Below are positions 1 to 9,821 of a stretch of 64,000 nucleotides of DNA, piece after piece. The stretch covers positions 15,729 to 79,728 of the forward strand of contig JBBQRO010000001.1 in assembly GCA_038214685.1 (NCBI GenBank), written 5' to 3'. The first letter of the stretch is position 1; the number at the start of each line of letters is the position of its first letter. The notes below the pieces were generated by a model. It was not told the origin of the DNA, did not search any database, and saw only the letters and a list, made by a program, of their open reading frames with translations. This stretch comes from Acidimicrobiales bacterium (GTDB taxonomy: Bacteria > Actinomycetota > Acidimicrobiia > Acidimicrobiales > AC-14). Both the position numbers and the translations under genes were made by a program.

Positions 1-1
1 C

Positions 2-361
2 GCACCCAAGGTGACGGCGGCGTATGTGTGGGATGCCGGCGCGGGGGTGTGGATGCGCTCGACCGACGGCCGCCCCCACCTGCTCGAAGGTGGCGCCCAG
101 CTTTCGCCGCAGAACGTCATCATCCAGTACACGCCCTACGCCGCCTTCAACGCCGACCGGGTCGTGCGGTTCCCCGAGGTCGTGGGCTCGGGCGAGGCCC
201 TGGTCTTCGTGGCCGGCACCCAGGTCAAGGCGCGATGGACGAAGTCGTCGGCCACCGCAGTGACCACCTATCTCGATGCCGCCGGGAAGCCAGTCTCGCT
301 GACGCCGGGGCAGACGCTGGTGCACCTGCAAGAGCCCGGCTCCGCGGTCACGGTCGGCTGA
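2..361 (+). CDS. DUF3048 domain-containing protein, C-terminal part (5' end lies outside the window)
   Basis: The frame is open to the window edge. The 116 aa align with the C-terminal region of the next gene (…IIQYTPY…GSGEALVF…ARWTKSS…TTY.DA.G.P..L.PG.T). The family name is from recall of DUF3048 lipoproteins. Confidence 0.7.
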   Translation, partial: APKVTAAYVWDAGAGVWMRSTDGRPHLLEGGAQLSPQNVIIQYTPYAAFNADRVVRFPEVVGSGEALVFVAGTQVKARWTKSSATAVTTYLDAAGKPVSLTPGQTLVHLQEPGSAVTVG

Positions 362-1426
362 ATGCGCCCGCTGCGCCGCCGGCCCACCCTCGTCCTCGTC
401 GTCGGCATGTTGCTCGCCGCCTGCTCCGGTGGCGGTGGCACAGGCGACAGCGGGAGCCCCGTCGCAGGAGGTGACCGTCCGACCACGTCGGCCGATGCCA
501 CGACCACCACGTCCACCACGCTGGTACCGGTCGCCCCCCTCACCGGTCTGGCCCTGACCGACCAGGCCCGCCTGTCCCGGCCCGCCCTGGTAGTCAAGAT
601 CGAGAACGCCCCGGTTTCCCGACCGCAGTCCGGGCTCGATGCGGCCGACGTCGTCTACGAGGAGATCATCGAGGGTGGGGTCACGCGATTCGTCGCCGTC
701 TTCCACTCCACAGACGCCGACCTGGTCGGCCCGGTGCGGTCGTTGCGACCCTCCGACCCCGACATCGTCGCCCCCTTCGGTGGACTGTTCGCCTACTCGG
801 GCGGAATCCCGCCGTTCATCCAGGCCCTCCAGGCCACACCGGGGATCACCGACGTCGGCGTCGACCGCCTCGACGAGGGCCCCGACAAGGCGTACACGCG
901 CCGGCCCGGCCGGACCGCGCCCAGCAACCTCTATACCTCCACACCCAAGTTGTTCGCCGCCGCCCCGGCCAGCGGCACTCGCCCCCCCGGGCCCTTCGCC
1001 GAGTTCCTCCCAGCCGGCCAGCCGTTCGTCGCCGCCGGCGCCACCCCGGCGGTGACCCTGACTGCCACCGTCGGGCGTACCGCAGTGGTGTTCAACTACG
1101 ACGCGGCGTCGACCACCTATCGGCGCGGCGGTCTGGTCGACGGATCCGGGGCGGTGGCGCCGACCAACGTCATCGTCCAGTTCACCGCGTACCAGGACAC
1201 CGACCAGACCGATCAATCCGACACCACGGTGGAGAAGGCGGTCATCATCGGTTCGGGCGACGCCATCGTCCTGGCCGGCGGGATGGCGGTGCGGGGCCGG
1301 TGGTCCAAGACGTCGGCCGGCGCCTACACCACCTACACCGACGCCGACGGGGCGCCGATCAGGCTGCTGCCGGGCCGCACGTGGGTGGAACTGGCCCGCA
1401 CCGGTGCCCCCGTCTCCACCCGCTGA
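362..1426 (+). CDS. DUF3048 domain-containing lipoprotein (tandem paralog of the preceding gene)
   Basis: The ATG follows the upstream TGA directly. It has a signal peptide with a lipobox (LLAAC) and a Thr/Ser-rich linker. Its C-terminal domain is paralogous to ORF 2-361. Confidence 0.75.
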   Translation: MRPLRRRPTLVLVVGMLLAACSGGGGTGDSGSPVAGGDRPTTSADATTTTSTTLVPVAPLTGLALTDQARLSRPALVVKIENAPVSRPQSGLDAADVVYEEIIEGGVTRFVAVFHSTDADLVGPVRSLRPSDPDIVAPFGGLFAYSGGIPPFIQALQATPGITDVGVDRLDEGPDKAYTRRPGRTAPSNLYTSTPKLFAAAPASGTRPPGPFAEFLPAGQPFVAAGATPAVTLTATVGRTAVVFNYDAASTTYRRGGLVDGSGAVAPTNVIVQFTAYQDTDQTDQSDTTVEKAVIIGSGDAIVLAGGMAVRGRWSKTSAGAYTTYTDADGAPIRLLPGRTWVELARTGAPVSTR

Positions 1427-1478
1427 CCGCAGGCCAATCCACCCGGGCCATGCGGGCGACGGCGGTAGAATCGGCTCC

Positions 1479-2393
1479 ATGACCGATCGCACCACCGGAA
1501 GCCCGGCGGCTGGGACCCGCACGACAGGAACGTCGCGGGTCAAGCGCGGACTGGCCGAGATGCTCAAGGGCGGTGTGATCATGGACGTCGTCGACGTCGC
1601 CCAGGCCCGGATCGCCGAGGACGCCGGTGCGGTGGCGGTCATGGCCCTCGAGCGGGTGCCGGCCGACATCCGTCGCGACGGCGGGGTGGCCCGCATGAGT
1701 GACCCGGCGATGATCGAGGCCATCCAGGCCGCGGTGACCATCCCGGTCATGGCCAAGGCCCGCATCGGTCACTTCGCCGAGGCCCAGGTGCTGGAAGCCC
1801 TGCAGGTTGACTACATCGACGAGAGCGAGGTCCTCACCCCCGCCGACGAGGCCCACCACATCGACAAGTGGCCGTTCGCGGTGCCGTTCGTGTGCGGGGC
1901 CACCAACCTGGGCGAAGCCCTGCGCCGCATCTCCGAGGGGGCGGCCATGATCCGCTCCAAGGGCGAGGCCGGCACCGGCAACATCGTGGAGGCCGTGCGC
2001 CACCTGCGGTCGATCCTGGGCGACATCCGCCGGCTCACCCAGGCCGACGCCGCCGAGCGCTACGCCTGGGCCAAGCAGCTCCAGGCCCCGATTGACCTGG
2101 TGGCCGAGGTGGCCGACTCCGGCACGCTGCCCGTGCCCATGTTCTGCGCCGGCGGGATCGCCACGCCGGCTGACGCCTCCCTGGTGATGCAGCTCGGGGC
2201 CCAGGCCGTCTTCGTGGGATCGGGCATCTTCAAGAGCTCGGATCCCGAGGCCATGGCCCGGGCCGTGGTCGAGGCCACCGCCCACTTCACGGATCCCCAG
2301 ATCGTGGCCAAGGTCAGCCGCGGGCTGGGCGAGGCCATGCGGGGCGCCGAGATCGACGGCCTCGAGGTCCGCCTGGCGGCGCGCGGCTGGTGA
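1479..2393 (+). CDS. pdxS: pyridoxal 5'-phosphate synthase lyase subunit PdxS
   Basis: Motifs [20 protein letters not shown] and KARIGHF are present. The ATG at 1479 fits homolog length. The ORF-track start at 1404 overlaps the previous gene. Confidence 0.95.
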   Translation: MTDRTTGSPAAGTRTTGTSRVKRGLAEMLKGGVIMDVVDVAQARIAEDAGAVAVMALERVPADIRRDGGVARMSDPAMIEAIQAAVTIPVMAKARIGHFAEAQVLEALQVDYIDESEVLTPADEAHHIDKWPFAVPFVCGATNLGEALRRISEGAAMIRSKGEAGTGNIVEAVRHLRSILGDIRRLTQADAAERYAWAKQLQAPIDLVAEVADSGTLPVPMFCAGGIATPADASLVMQLGAQAVFVGSGIFKSSDPEAMARAVVEATAHFTDPQIVAKVSRGLGEAMRGAEIDGLEVRLAARGW

Positions 2394-2405
2394 GGCGGCC
2401 TCCAG

Positions 2406-2975
2406 GTGCACAAGGTCGGAGTTCTCGCCCTCCAGGGGGCGTCACAGCGCCACGTTGAGGCGCTGACCGCCCTCGGGGCCCACGCCGTCGAGATCCGGGC
2501 CCCCGAGGATCTCGGAGGGATCGAAGGCCTGGTCCTGCCGGGGGGCGAGTCCACCACGATGTCGAGGTTGCTCGACCTCTCCGGCCTCTTCGATCCGGTG
2601 GCCGAGCGCCTGCTCGACGGGATGCCGGTCTTCGGAACCTGCGCCGGCATGATCCTGCTGGCGCAGGAGATTCTCGACGGCCGGGCCGACCAGCGCAGCT
2701 TCGGGGTGCTCGACGTGGCCGTCCGCCGCAACGGGTTCGGCCGGCAGGTCGACTCCTTCGAAGCCGAAGTGGCGGTCCCCCTGCTGGCCGGGGGAGGCTT
2801 CCCTGCAGTGTTCATCCGGGCCCCGGTGATCGAGCGGGTGGGCGACGGCGTGGAGGTCCTGGCCACCGTGGCCGACCGCCCGGTGCTGTGCCGCCAGGGC
2901 CCCATCCTGGCCGCGGCATTCCATCCCGAGCTCTCCGACGACCTGCGGCTCCACCAACTCTTCCTGGAGGATTGA
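2406..2975 (+). CDS. pdxT: pyridoxal 5'-phosphate synthase glutaminase subunit PdxT
   Basis: Motifs VGVLALQG, LVLPGGESTT and the catalytic GTCAGMILL are present. It lies immediately downstream of pdxS and starts with GTG. Confidence 0.95.
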   Translation: MHKVGVLALQGASQRHVEALTALGAHAVEIRAPEDLGGIEGLVLPGGESTTMSRLLDLSGLFDPVAERLLDGMPVFGTCAGMILLAQEILDGRADQRSFGVLDVAVRRNGFGRQVDSFEAEVAVPLLAGGGFPAVFIRAPVIERVGDGVEVLATVADRPVLCRQGPILAAAFHPELSDDLRLHQLFLED

Positions 2976-2979
2976 CGAG

Positions 2980-3744
2980 ATGTCCGGACATTCCAAGTGG
3001 GCGACCATCAAGCACCAGAAGGGGGCCAAGGACAAGGTCCGGGCCAAGGTATTCGCCAAGGTTCTGCGCCAGGTCGAGGTGGCCGCCCGCGAGGGTGGGG
3101 GCGACATGGCCGCCAACGCCACCCTGCGCAGCATGTACCAGAAGGCCCGCGAGGCCTCGGTGCCCACCGACACCATCGAGCGGGCCATCAAGCGGGGGAC
3201 CGGTGACCTCGAAGGGGTGCGCTACGAGCCGGTGAACTACGAGGGCTACGCGCCGCTGGGCGTGGCCATCTACGTCGAGACCCTCACCGACAACCGCAAC
3301 CGCACCGGCGCCGATGTACGGGCCATCTTCTCCAAGAACGGCGGCTCCAGCGCCGAGCCCGGGGCGGTGGCCTGGCAGTTCGAGCGCAAGGCGGTGCTGA
3401 TCATCCCTCAGGGCGGCGCGGCCGACAGCGAGGACGAGGTGATGATGATCGGCCTCGACGCCGGGATGGAGGACCTCGAGGACCAAGGCGACACCTGGCA
3501 GCTCACCGCCCCGCCCACCGACCTCGGCCGGCTGCGCGACGCCATGGAAGCGGCAGGCGTGAAGGTGACGTCGGCCGAGCTCACCATGGTGGCCACCAGC
3601 ACCATCGCCCTCGAGTCGGAGGCCGACGCCCGCAAGGTGCTTCGGGTCGTCGACGCCCTCGAGGACCACGACGACGTCCAGGCCGTCTATGCCAACTTCG
3701 ACATCCCCGACTCGGTGCTCCAACTGGTGGAAGCCGGCGCCTGA
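2980..3744 (+). CDS. yebC: YebC/PmpR family DNA-binding transcriptional regulator
   Basis: The N-terminus MSGHSKWATIKHQKG is diagnostic. It sits in the conserved actinobacterial position between pdxT and ruvC. Confidence 0.95.
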   Translation: MSGHSKWATIKHQKGAKDKVRAKVFAKVLRQVEVAAREGGGDMAANATLRSMYQKAREASVPTDTIERAIKRGTGDLEGVRYEPVNYEGYAPLGVAIYVETLTDNRNRTGADVRAIFSKNGGSSAEPGAVAWQFERKAVLIIPQGGAADSEDEVMMIGLDAGMEDLEDQGDTWQLTAPPTDLGRLRDAMEAAGVKVTSAELTMVATSTIALESEADARKVLRVVDALEDHDDVQAVYANFDIPDSVLQLVEAGA

Positions 3745-3803
3745 CCCCGGCGACCTGCAGCCAAAACCATCCGCATCCGCACCGGTTGCGTCGGCTAGTG
3801 TTC

Positions 3804-3817
3804 CGAACGAATGTTCG
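3804..3817. promoter_or_regulatory. LexA (SOS) box CGAAC-N4-GTTCG overlapping the ruvC start codon
   Basis: The sequence CGAACGAATGTTCG is a perfect match to the Gram-positive/actinobacterial SOS-box core. The ruvC ATG (3811-3813) lies inside it. Confidence 0.7.
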
Positions 3818-4311
3818 TTTTAGGCATCGACCCAGGAGTGTCGCGCTGCGGGTACGGCTGCGTCGAGGGCGGCCCGGGGGCCACGCCCCGGGTCGTGTCC
3901 GTCGGCGTGCTGACCACGCCACCGTCGGATGCCCTGCCCAGCCGCCTGGCCGCGCTCGACCACGACCTGCGGGCCCTGGTCGCCGAGTTCAGGCCTTCGG
4001 TCGTGGCGGTGGAGCGGGTGTTCTTCCAGGTCAACGCCCGCACCGCCATGTCGGTCGGCCAGGCCAGCGGCCTGGCCCTGGTGGCGGCGGCCCAGGCCGG
4101 GTGCGAGGTGGTGCAGTACACGCCCAACGAGGTCAAGCAGGCCGTCGCCGGCTACGGCTCGGCGCCCAAGGAGCAGGTGCAGCGCATGGTGCAGACGCTC
4201 CTGGGCCTGGCCGAGATGCCCAGTCCGCCCGACGCGGCCGACGCCCTGGCCCTCGCCCTGTGCCACCTGGCCATGGCCCCTCTCCGGGCGCGGGTCGCCT
4301 TGAAACGATGA
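3811..4311 (+). CDS. ruvC: crossover junction endodeoxyribonuclease RuvC
   Basis: The N-terminal motif VLGIDPGVSRCGYG is present, and it is first in the ruvC-ruvA-ruvB order. Confidence 0.95.
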   Translation: MFVLGIDPGVSRCGYGCVEGGPGATPRVVSVGVLTTPPSDALPSRLAALDHDLRALVAEFRPSVVAVERVFFQVNARTAMSVGQASGLALVAAAQAGCEVVQYTPNEVKQAVAGYGSAPKEQVQRMVQTLLGLAEMPSPPDAADALALALCHLAMAPLRARVALKR

Positions 4312-4365
4312 CCGGCCCGGGAGGCCGGTCCAAGGTGGCCCATCGGGTGGAAGCCCGATGATCGG
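4307..4365 (+). repeat. Family-1 two-hairpin intergenic element (core CGATGACCGGCCCGGGAGGCCGGTCCA)
   Basis: Hairpin 1 is GACCGGCC/GGCCGGTC with loop CGGGA (4310-4330). Hairpin 2 is CCATCGGG/CCCGATG (about 4340-4360). The element carries the ruvC TGA and the ruvA ATG. Confidence 0.85.
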
Positions 4366-4960
4366 TCGTCTGCGGGGCACCCTCGTCCACCGTTCGGCGC
4401 GGGGGGAGGTGGTGCTCGACGTGGGGGGCGTCGGCTACCGGATCGGTGTGTCGCCGGCCACCGCCGCCGCTCTGGGCAGCATCGGCGACGAGATCGTCGT
4501 CCACACCCATCTCCACGTTCGCGAGGACGCCCTCACCCTGTACGGCTTCGCCTCCGAGGACGGCCGCAACTGCTTCGAGTCGCTCCTCGGCGCCCACGGA
4601 GTCGGGCCCGGGCTGGCGCTGGCCATCCTGTCCACCCACGGCCCCGACGAGCTGCGCCGGGTGGTCCTCGAGAACGACCTCGACGGCCTCACCCTGGTCC
4701 CCGGCGTGGGCCGCAAGACGGCCGCCCGCCTCCTGCTCGAACTGAAGTCCCGGCTCGACGTGCCCGAGGGCGCAGACTTCGAGGGCACCACGGGCGGTAC
4801 CGACACCAGCGGGTCGCCCCGGGCCGACGTGCGGGCCGCCCTGGCCGCCCTGGGCTACCAGCCCGAGGAGGTACGCCGGGCCATGGTCGAGCTGCCGGCC
4901 GACGGCGACCTCCGAACGCTGGTGCGCACCGCCCTCCAGACCCTCGGCGCCTCCCGATGA
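4358..4960 (+). CDS. ruvA: Holliday junction branch migration complex subunit RuvA
   Basis: It starts MIGRLRGTL and has the helix-hairpin-helix motif PGVGRKTAARLLLELK. Confidence 0.95.
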   Translation: MIGRLRGTLVHRSARGEVVLDVGGVGYRIGVSPATAAALGSIGDEIVVHTHLHVREDALTLYGFASEDGRNCFESLLGAHGVGPGLALAILSTHGPDELRRVVLENDLDGLTLVPGVGRKTAARLLLELKSRLDVPEGADFEGTTGGTDTSGSPRADVRAALAALGYQPEEVRRAMVELPADGDLRTLVRTALQTLGASR

Positions 4961-5050
4961 CCGGCCCGGGAGGCCGGTCCAGCAAGCACTCAGTGGTCGA
5001 CCATCGTCAGATGGTGGACCAGTGACCGGCCCCACCACCGAACCGGTGAC
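4956..5050 (+). repeat. Family-1 element (full core at 4958-4981 plus partial second core at 5023-5032)
   Basis: The sequence CGATGACCGGCCCGGGAGGCCGGTCCA is identical to the 4307 copy. It is followed by the hairpin GGTCGACCATC/GATGGTGGACC and a partial repeat GTGACCGGCCCC. Confidence 0.85.
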
Positions 5051-5104
5051 ACCTGGTGCGATATGTCGCACTGCGTGTCACCAGTTCGGACGGGAGCGGC
5101 GGCC

Positions 5105-6136
<1,032 letters not shown>

Positions 6137-6178
6137 GCAGTATCCTGACCCCCGGTCGCCCGGCGGCCCTCTTTCCTC

Positions 6179-6535
6179 ATGGGACCCCTCCTCGCGCTTC
6201 TCCTTACCTTTGGCCTGATGTGGGTGCTGCTCATCCTTCCCCAGCAGCGCCGCATGCGCCAGCACCAAGCCGTAGTGGCCTCCCTCCGCGCCGGCGATGA
6301 GGTCGTCACCGCCGGCGGGGTCTACGGCACCATCACTTCCGTCGACGAGGACACCCTGACCGTGGAGGTGGCGCCCGGCGTGGTGCTCCGAGTGCTCCGC
6401 AGTGCAGTCAGCCAGCGCGTCGGCCCCTCCGACGATGAGGTCACCGACGACGAGGTCACCGACGACGAGGATGATGACGACGAGGATGATGACGACATGA
6501 CCACCGGCCCGGCGTCGGGCAAGGACGGTCTCTGA
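6179..6535 (+). CDS. yajC: preprotein translocase subunit YajC (with acidic D/E-rich C-terminal tail)
   Basis: A single N-terminal TM helix is followed by the LILPQQRR motif and the VVTAGGVYGTI core. It lies upstream of secDF. Confidence 0.9.
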   Translation: MGPLLALLLTFGLMWVLLILPQQRRMRQHQAVVASLRAGDEVVTAGGVYGTITSVDEDTLTVEVAPGVVLRVLRSAVSQRVGPSDDEVTDDEVTDDEDDDDEDDDDMTTGPASGKDGL

Positions 6536-8007
6536 TGCGCCGTTCGCCCGCCTATACCCTGATCGCGGTCTTCGTGTTGGTCATCGGCGCCCTGTCGGCC
6601 ACCCTGATCTCCGGGCGGACGCCGCAGCTGGGCCTCGACCTGCAGGGTGGCGCATCCGTGGTCCTGGAGCCCCGGGAGCAGGTGGCCCCGGGCGTGCTCG
6701 ACCAGGCCATCGAGATCATCCGCAACCGGGTCGACGCTCTCGGTGTGGCCGAGCCGGAGATCACCCGCCAGGGCGACTCGATCATCGTGTCGCTCCCCGG
6801 TGTCGAGAACCGTGAGCGGGCGCTCGAAGTCGTCGGCCAGACCGCCCAGCTCCTGTTCCGACCCGTCATCCAGCAGCTCCCTGCCGAGCCCACGCCCACG
6901 TCCTCCACCTCGTCGACGACATCGACCACCGTGGAGGGGGCCCCGGCCCCCGCCACGACCACGCCCACCACCGTCCCCATCGACCTCAGCACCACCACCG
7001 CGCCGGAGGACGACGACGAGACGAAGCAGGTGATTCTGCCCGAGAAGGATTCCGACGGTCGGGTGACCTCCCGCTATCTGCTCGGCCCCGCCGAGGTGAA
7101 GGGCCAGGCCCTGTCGGGCGCCTCGGCCACCGTGTCCCAGACGGGGGCGTGGGAGGTCGGCTTCGAGCTCACCGACGAGGGCACCAGGCAGTGGAACAGC
7201 ATGGCCGCCAAGGTCGGCGCCGGCAACCAGATCGCCATCGACCTTGACGGCGTCGTGCGTTCGGCGCCCAGCCTTCAGGTCACCGAGTTCCAGGGCCGGG
7301 GCGTCATCACCGGCAGCTTCTCCCAGTCCGAGGCCAAGGATCTGGCCCTCGTCCTGCGCTATGGCGCCCTGCCCGTCCAGCTCGACCGCCAGACGGTGCA
7401 GACCGTGTCGGCCACCCTCGGCCAGGACTCGCTGCGGGCCGGCCTGGTGGCCGGCGCCGTCGGGCTCGGCCTGGTCGCCCTCTACATGCTGGTGTACTAC
7501 CGGGCTCTCGGCCTGGTGGTCTGGGTAGGGCTGGCCCTCACCGGCGCCATCATGTACTCCCTGGTCACCCTGCTCGGCCGCACCAGTGGGCTGGCCCTGA
7601 GCCTGGCCGGCGCCACCGGCATCATCGTGTCGGTCGGGGTGACGGTGGACTCCTATGTCGTGTACTTCGAGCGGCTGAAGGACGAGATCCGGTCGGGCAA
7701 GACCATCCGATCGTCGCTCGACCGCGGGTTCGCCAAGGCCTACCGCACCATCCTGGCCGCCGACGCAGCGTCGATCATCGGTGCCGTGGTGCTCTACGTG
7801 CTGAGCGTGGGATCGGTTCGGGGCTTCGCCTTTTTCCTGGGCCTCACCACCCTGCTCGACGTGTTCACCGCCTACTTCTTCACCCGCCCCATGGTCATGC
7901 TGCTCGGCCGCAGCCGGCTGTTCACCGGAACCAGCTGGTTGGGTGTGGCCCGAGGCCTGAACGCAGCGCCGACGGTTGCCAGCCCGAGGGTCAAGGAGCC
8001 CGTATGA
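6535..8007 (+). CDS. secD: protein translocase subunit SecD
   Basis: The motif LGLDLQGGASVVLE is present, with a Thr/Ser/Pro-rich periplasmic linker and C-terminal multi-TM region. Confidence 0.95.
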   Translation: MRRSPAYTLIAVFVLVIGALSATLISGRTPQLGLDLQGGASVVLEPREQVAPGVLDQAIEIIRNRVDALGVAEPEITRQGDSIIVSLPGVENRERALEVVGQTAQLLFRPVIQQLPAEPTPTSSTSSTTSTTVEGAPAPATTTPTTVPIDLSTTTAPEDDDETKQVILPEKDSDGRVTSRYLLGPAEVKGQALSGASATVSQTGAWEVGFELTDEGTRQWNSMAAKVGAGNQIAIDLDGVVRSAPSLQVTEFQGRGVITGSFSQSEAKDLALVLRYGALPVQLDRQTVQTVSATLGQDSLRAGLVAGAVGLGLVALYMLVYYRALGLVVWVGLALTGAIMYSLVTLLGRTSGLALSLAGATGIIVSVGVTVDSYVVYFERLKDEIRSGKTIRSSLDRGFAKAYRTILAADAASIIGAVVLYVLSVGSVRGFAFFLGLTTLLDVFTAYFFTRPMVMLLGRSRLFTGTSWLGVARGLNAAPTVASPRVKEPV

Positions 8008-9239
8008 CCAACGACCTGCAGGTCGAGCCGGCCAAGGCGTCGCTGCGCCACCGGCTGTACCACGGCGAGACCACGATCGACTTCATCGGTCGGCGGAACC
8101 CCTGGTTCGTGCTGTCCGCCGTGTTCGTCCTGGCCGGCCTGATCTCCCTGCTGGCCCAGGGCCTGAACTACGGGATCGACTTCAGGGGCGGCACCTCGTG
8201 GGAGGTTCCGGCGCCGGGGGTGTCGGTGGAGGAGGCCCGCGACGCGGTCCGCCCCCTGGGCCTGGGCGACGCCACCATCCAGATCGTCGGCGGCGACAGG
8301 ATCCGGGTGGCGTCGGGCAATGAGCCGCCGGAGCAACAGGCCCGGATCAGCCAGGCCCTGGCCGACGTAGCCAGTGTCGGCACGGCCCAGGTCAGCGTGA
8401 ACGACGTGGGCCCGTCATGGGGCAAGGCGGTGACCAACAAGGCCCGCAACGCCCTGGTGGTCTTCTTCGTCCTGATCAGTATCTACATCTCGTTGCGGTT
8501 CGAGTGGAAGATGGCGGTGGCCGCCCTGGCGGCTGTCGTCCACGACATCCTCGTGACCGTCGGGGTCTATTCCATCTTCCGGTTCGAGGTGACCCCCGCC
8601 ACCGTGGTTGCGTTCCTGACCATCCTGGGGTACTCGCTGTACGACACCATCGTGGTGTTCGACAGGGTGGAGGAGAATACCAAGGGGCTGGGCGCCAGCG
8701 GTCGCTTCACGTACTCCGACACCGTGAACCTGTCCATGAACCAGATGCTGATGCGCTCGCTCAACACCTCCATCGTGGCCATCCTGCCGATCGTTTCCAT
8801 CCTGGTCATCGGCGCCGGTGTCCTGGGCGCCACCACCCTGAACGACTTCGGGCTGGCCCTGCTGGTCGGCCTCCTCACCGGCGCCTACTCCTCCATCTTC
8901 ATCGCCGCGCCGATCCTGGCCATCCTCAAGGAGCGCGAGCCCCGCTATGCCAGCATCCGTCAGCGGCTGACGGCCAAGGGAGGCGCCGGCCTGCTCACCC
9001 CCACCCCCACCGCCGCCCTCGCCGGCGGAGGAGCCCCGCCCGCCCGATTGCCCAAGCCGCGGGCGGGGGCCAGGAGCCCGGCCCGGGCCCGAGCGGTCGA
9101 CCCCGACGGTACCGACGGCGACGACGACCAGCTGGTGCCTTCGCGCCCGGGCCCCACCGGCCAGGCCCAACAGCCCCGCCCGAAGCCGGTCGCCCGCCCG
9201 GGAGCGCCTCGGCCCCGGAAAAAGGGCAAGCGGCGCTGA
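8004..9239 (+). CDS. secF: protein translocase subunit SecF (with about 110-aa Pro/Arg/Ala-rich C-terminal extension)
   Basis: The motif GIDFRGGTSWEV and a six-TM core are present. The start overlaps secD in an ATGA junction. Confidence 0.95.
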   Translation: MTNDLQVEPAKASLRHRLYHGETTIDFIGRRNPWFVLSAVFVLAGLISLLAQGLNYGIDFRGGTSWEVPAPGVSVEEARDAVRPLGLGDATIQIVGGDRIRVASGNEPPEQQARISQALADVASVGTAQVSVNDVGPSWGKAVTNKARNALVVFFVLISIYISLRFEWKMAVAALAAVVHDILVTVGVYSIFRFEVTPATVVAFLTILGYSLYDTIVVFDRVEENTKGLGASGRFTYSDTVNLSMNQMLMRSLNTSIVAILPIVSILVIGAGVLGATTLNDFGLALLVGLLTGAYSSIFIAAPILAILKEREPRYASIRQRLTAKGGAGLLTPTPTAALAGGGAPPARLPKPRAGARSPARARAVDPDGTDGDDDQLVPSRPGPTGQAQQPRPKPVARPGAPRPRKKGKRR

Positions 9240-9280
9240 GCGCCCGGTAGGGCCCGTGTGGCCACCGTGTAGGCTGGCTC

Positions 9281-9808
9281 ATGGCTGATGCGGACTGGCT
9301 CAAGGGGCGCATCCGCGACGTCGCGGACTTCCCTTCGCCCGGCATCGTCTTCCGTGACCTGACGCCGCTCCTGGGCGATGTCGAGTCCCTACGGTTCACC
9401 GTCGACGCCCTGGCCGACGCCTTCGCCGATCGGAGAATCGACAAGGTCGTGGGGGTGGAAGCCCGGGGCTTCATCGTCGCCGCCCCGGTGGCCTACCGGC
9501 TGGGCACCGGTTTCGTGCCCGTCCGCAAGCCGGGCAAGCTGCCGTGGCAGACCGAGTCGGAGGAGTACGCCCTCGAGTACGGCGTCGACCGCCTCGAGAT
9601 GCATGTCGATGCCGTCGCCCCCGGGGAGCAGATCCTGATAGTCGACGACGTGATCGCCACCGGCGGCACGGCCCGGGCCACCGTGGGCCTGGTGGAACGG
9701 ATGGGGGCCACCGTCGCCGGCTTGGGCTTCGCCATCGAACTGAGCTATCTCGGGGGACGCGAGAAGCTGGATGGGTACGACATTGTGTCGCTCGTGACCT
9801 ACGCGTAG
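9281..9808 (+). CDS. apt: adenine phosphoribosyltransferase
   Basis: It has the PRPP-binding motif ILIVDDVIATGGTARA and the FPSPGIVFRDLTPLL N-terminal region. Confidence 0.95.
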   Translation: MADADWLKGRIRDVADFPSPGIVFRDLTPLLGDVESLRFTVDALADAFADRRIDKVVGVEARGFIVAAPVAYRLGTGFVPVRKPGKLPWQTESEEYALEYGVDRLEMHVDAVAPGEQILIVDDVIATGGTARATVGLVERMGATVAGLGFAIELSYLGGREKLDGYDIVSLVTYA

Positions 9809-9821
9809 AGGGGAACCAGGA

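Noticed and set aside
4308-4361. The relay mini-ORFs (MTGPGGRS…) as genes for functional small proteins.
   Set aside because: Beyond the element-encoded TGPGGRS the peptides share no sequence. Their lengths and tails vary with the spacer. The conserved feature is the nucleotide hairpin and the reading phase, so I treat them as translated spacers rather than protein genes. This remains untested.
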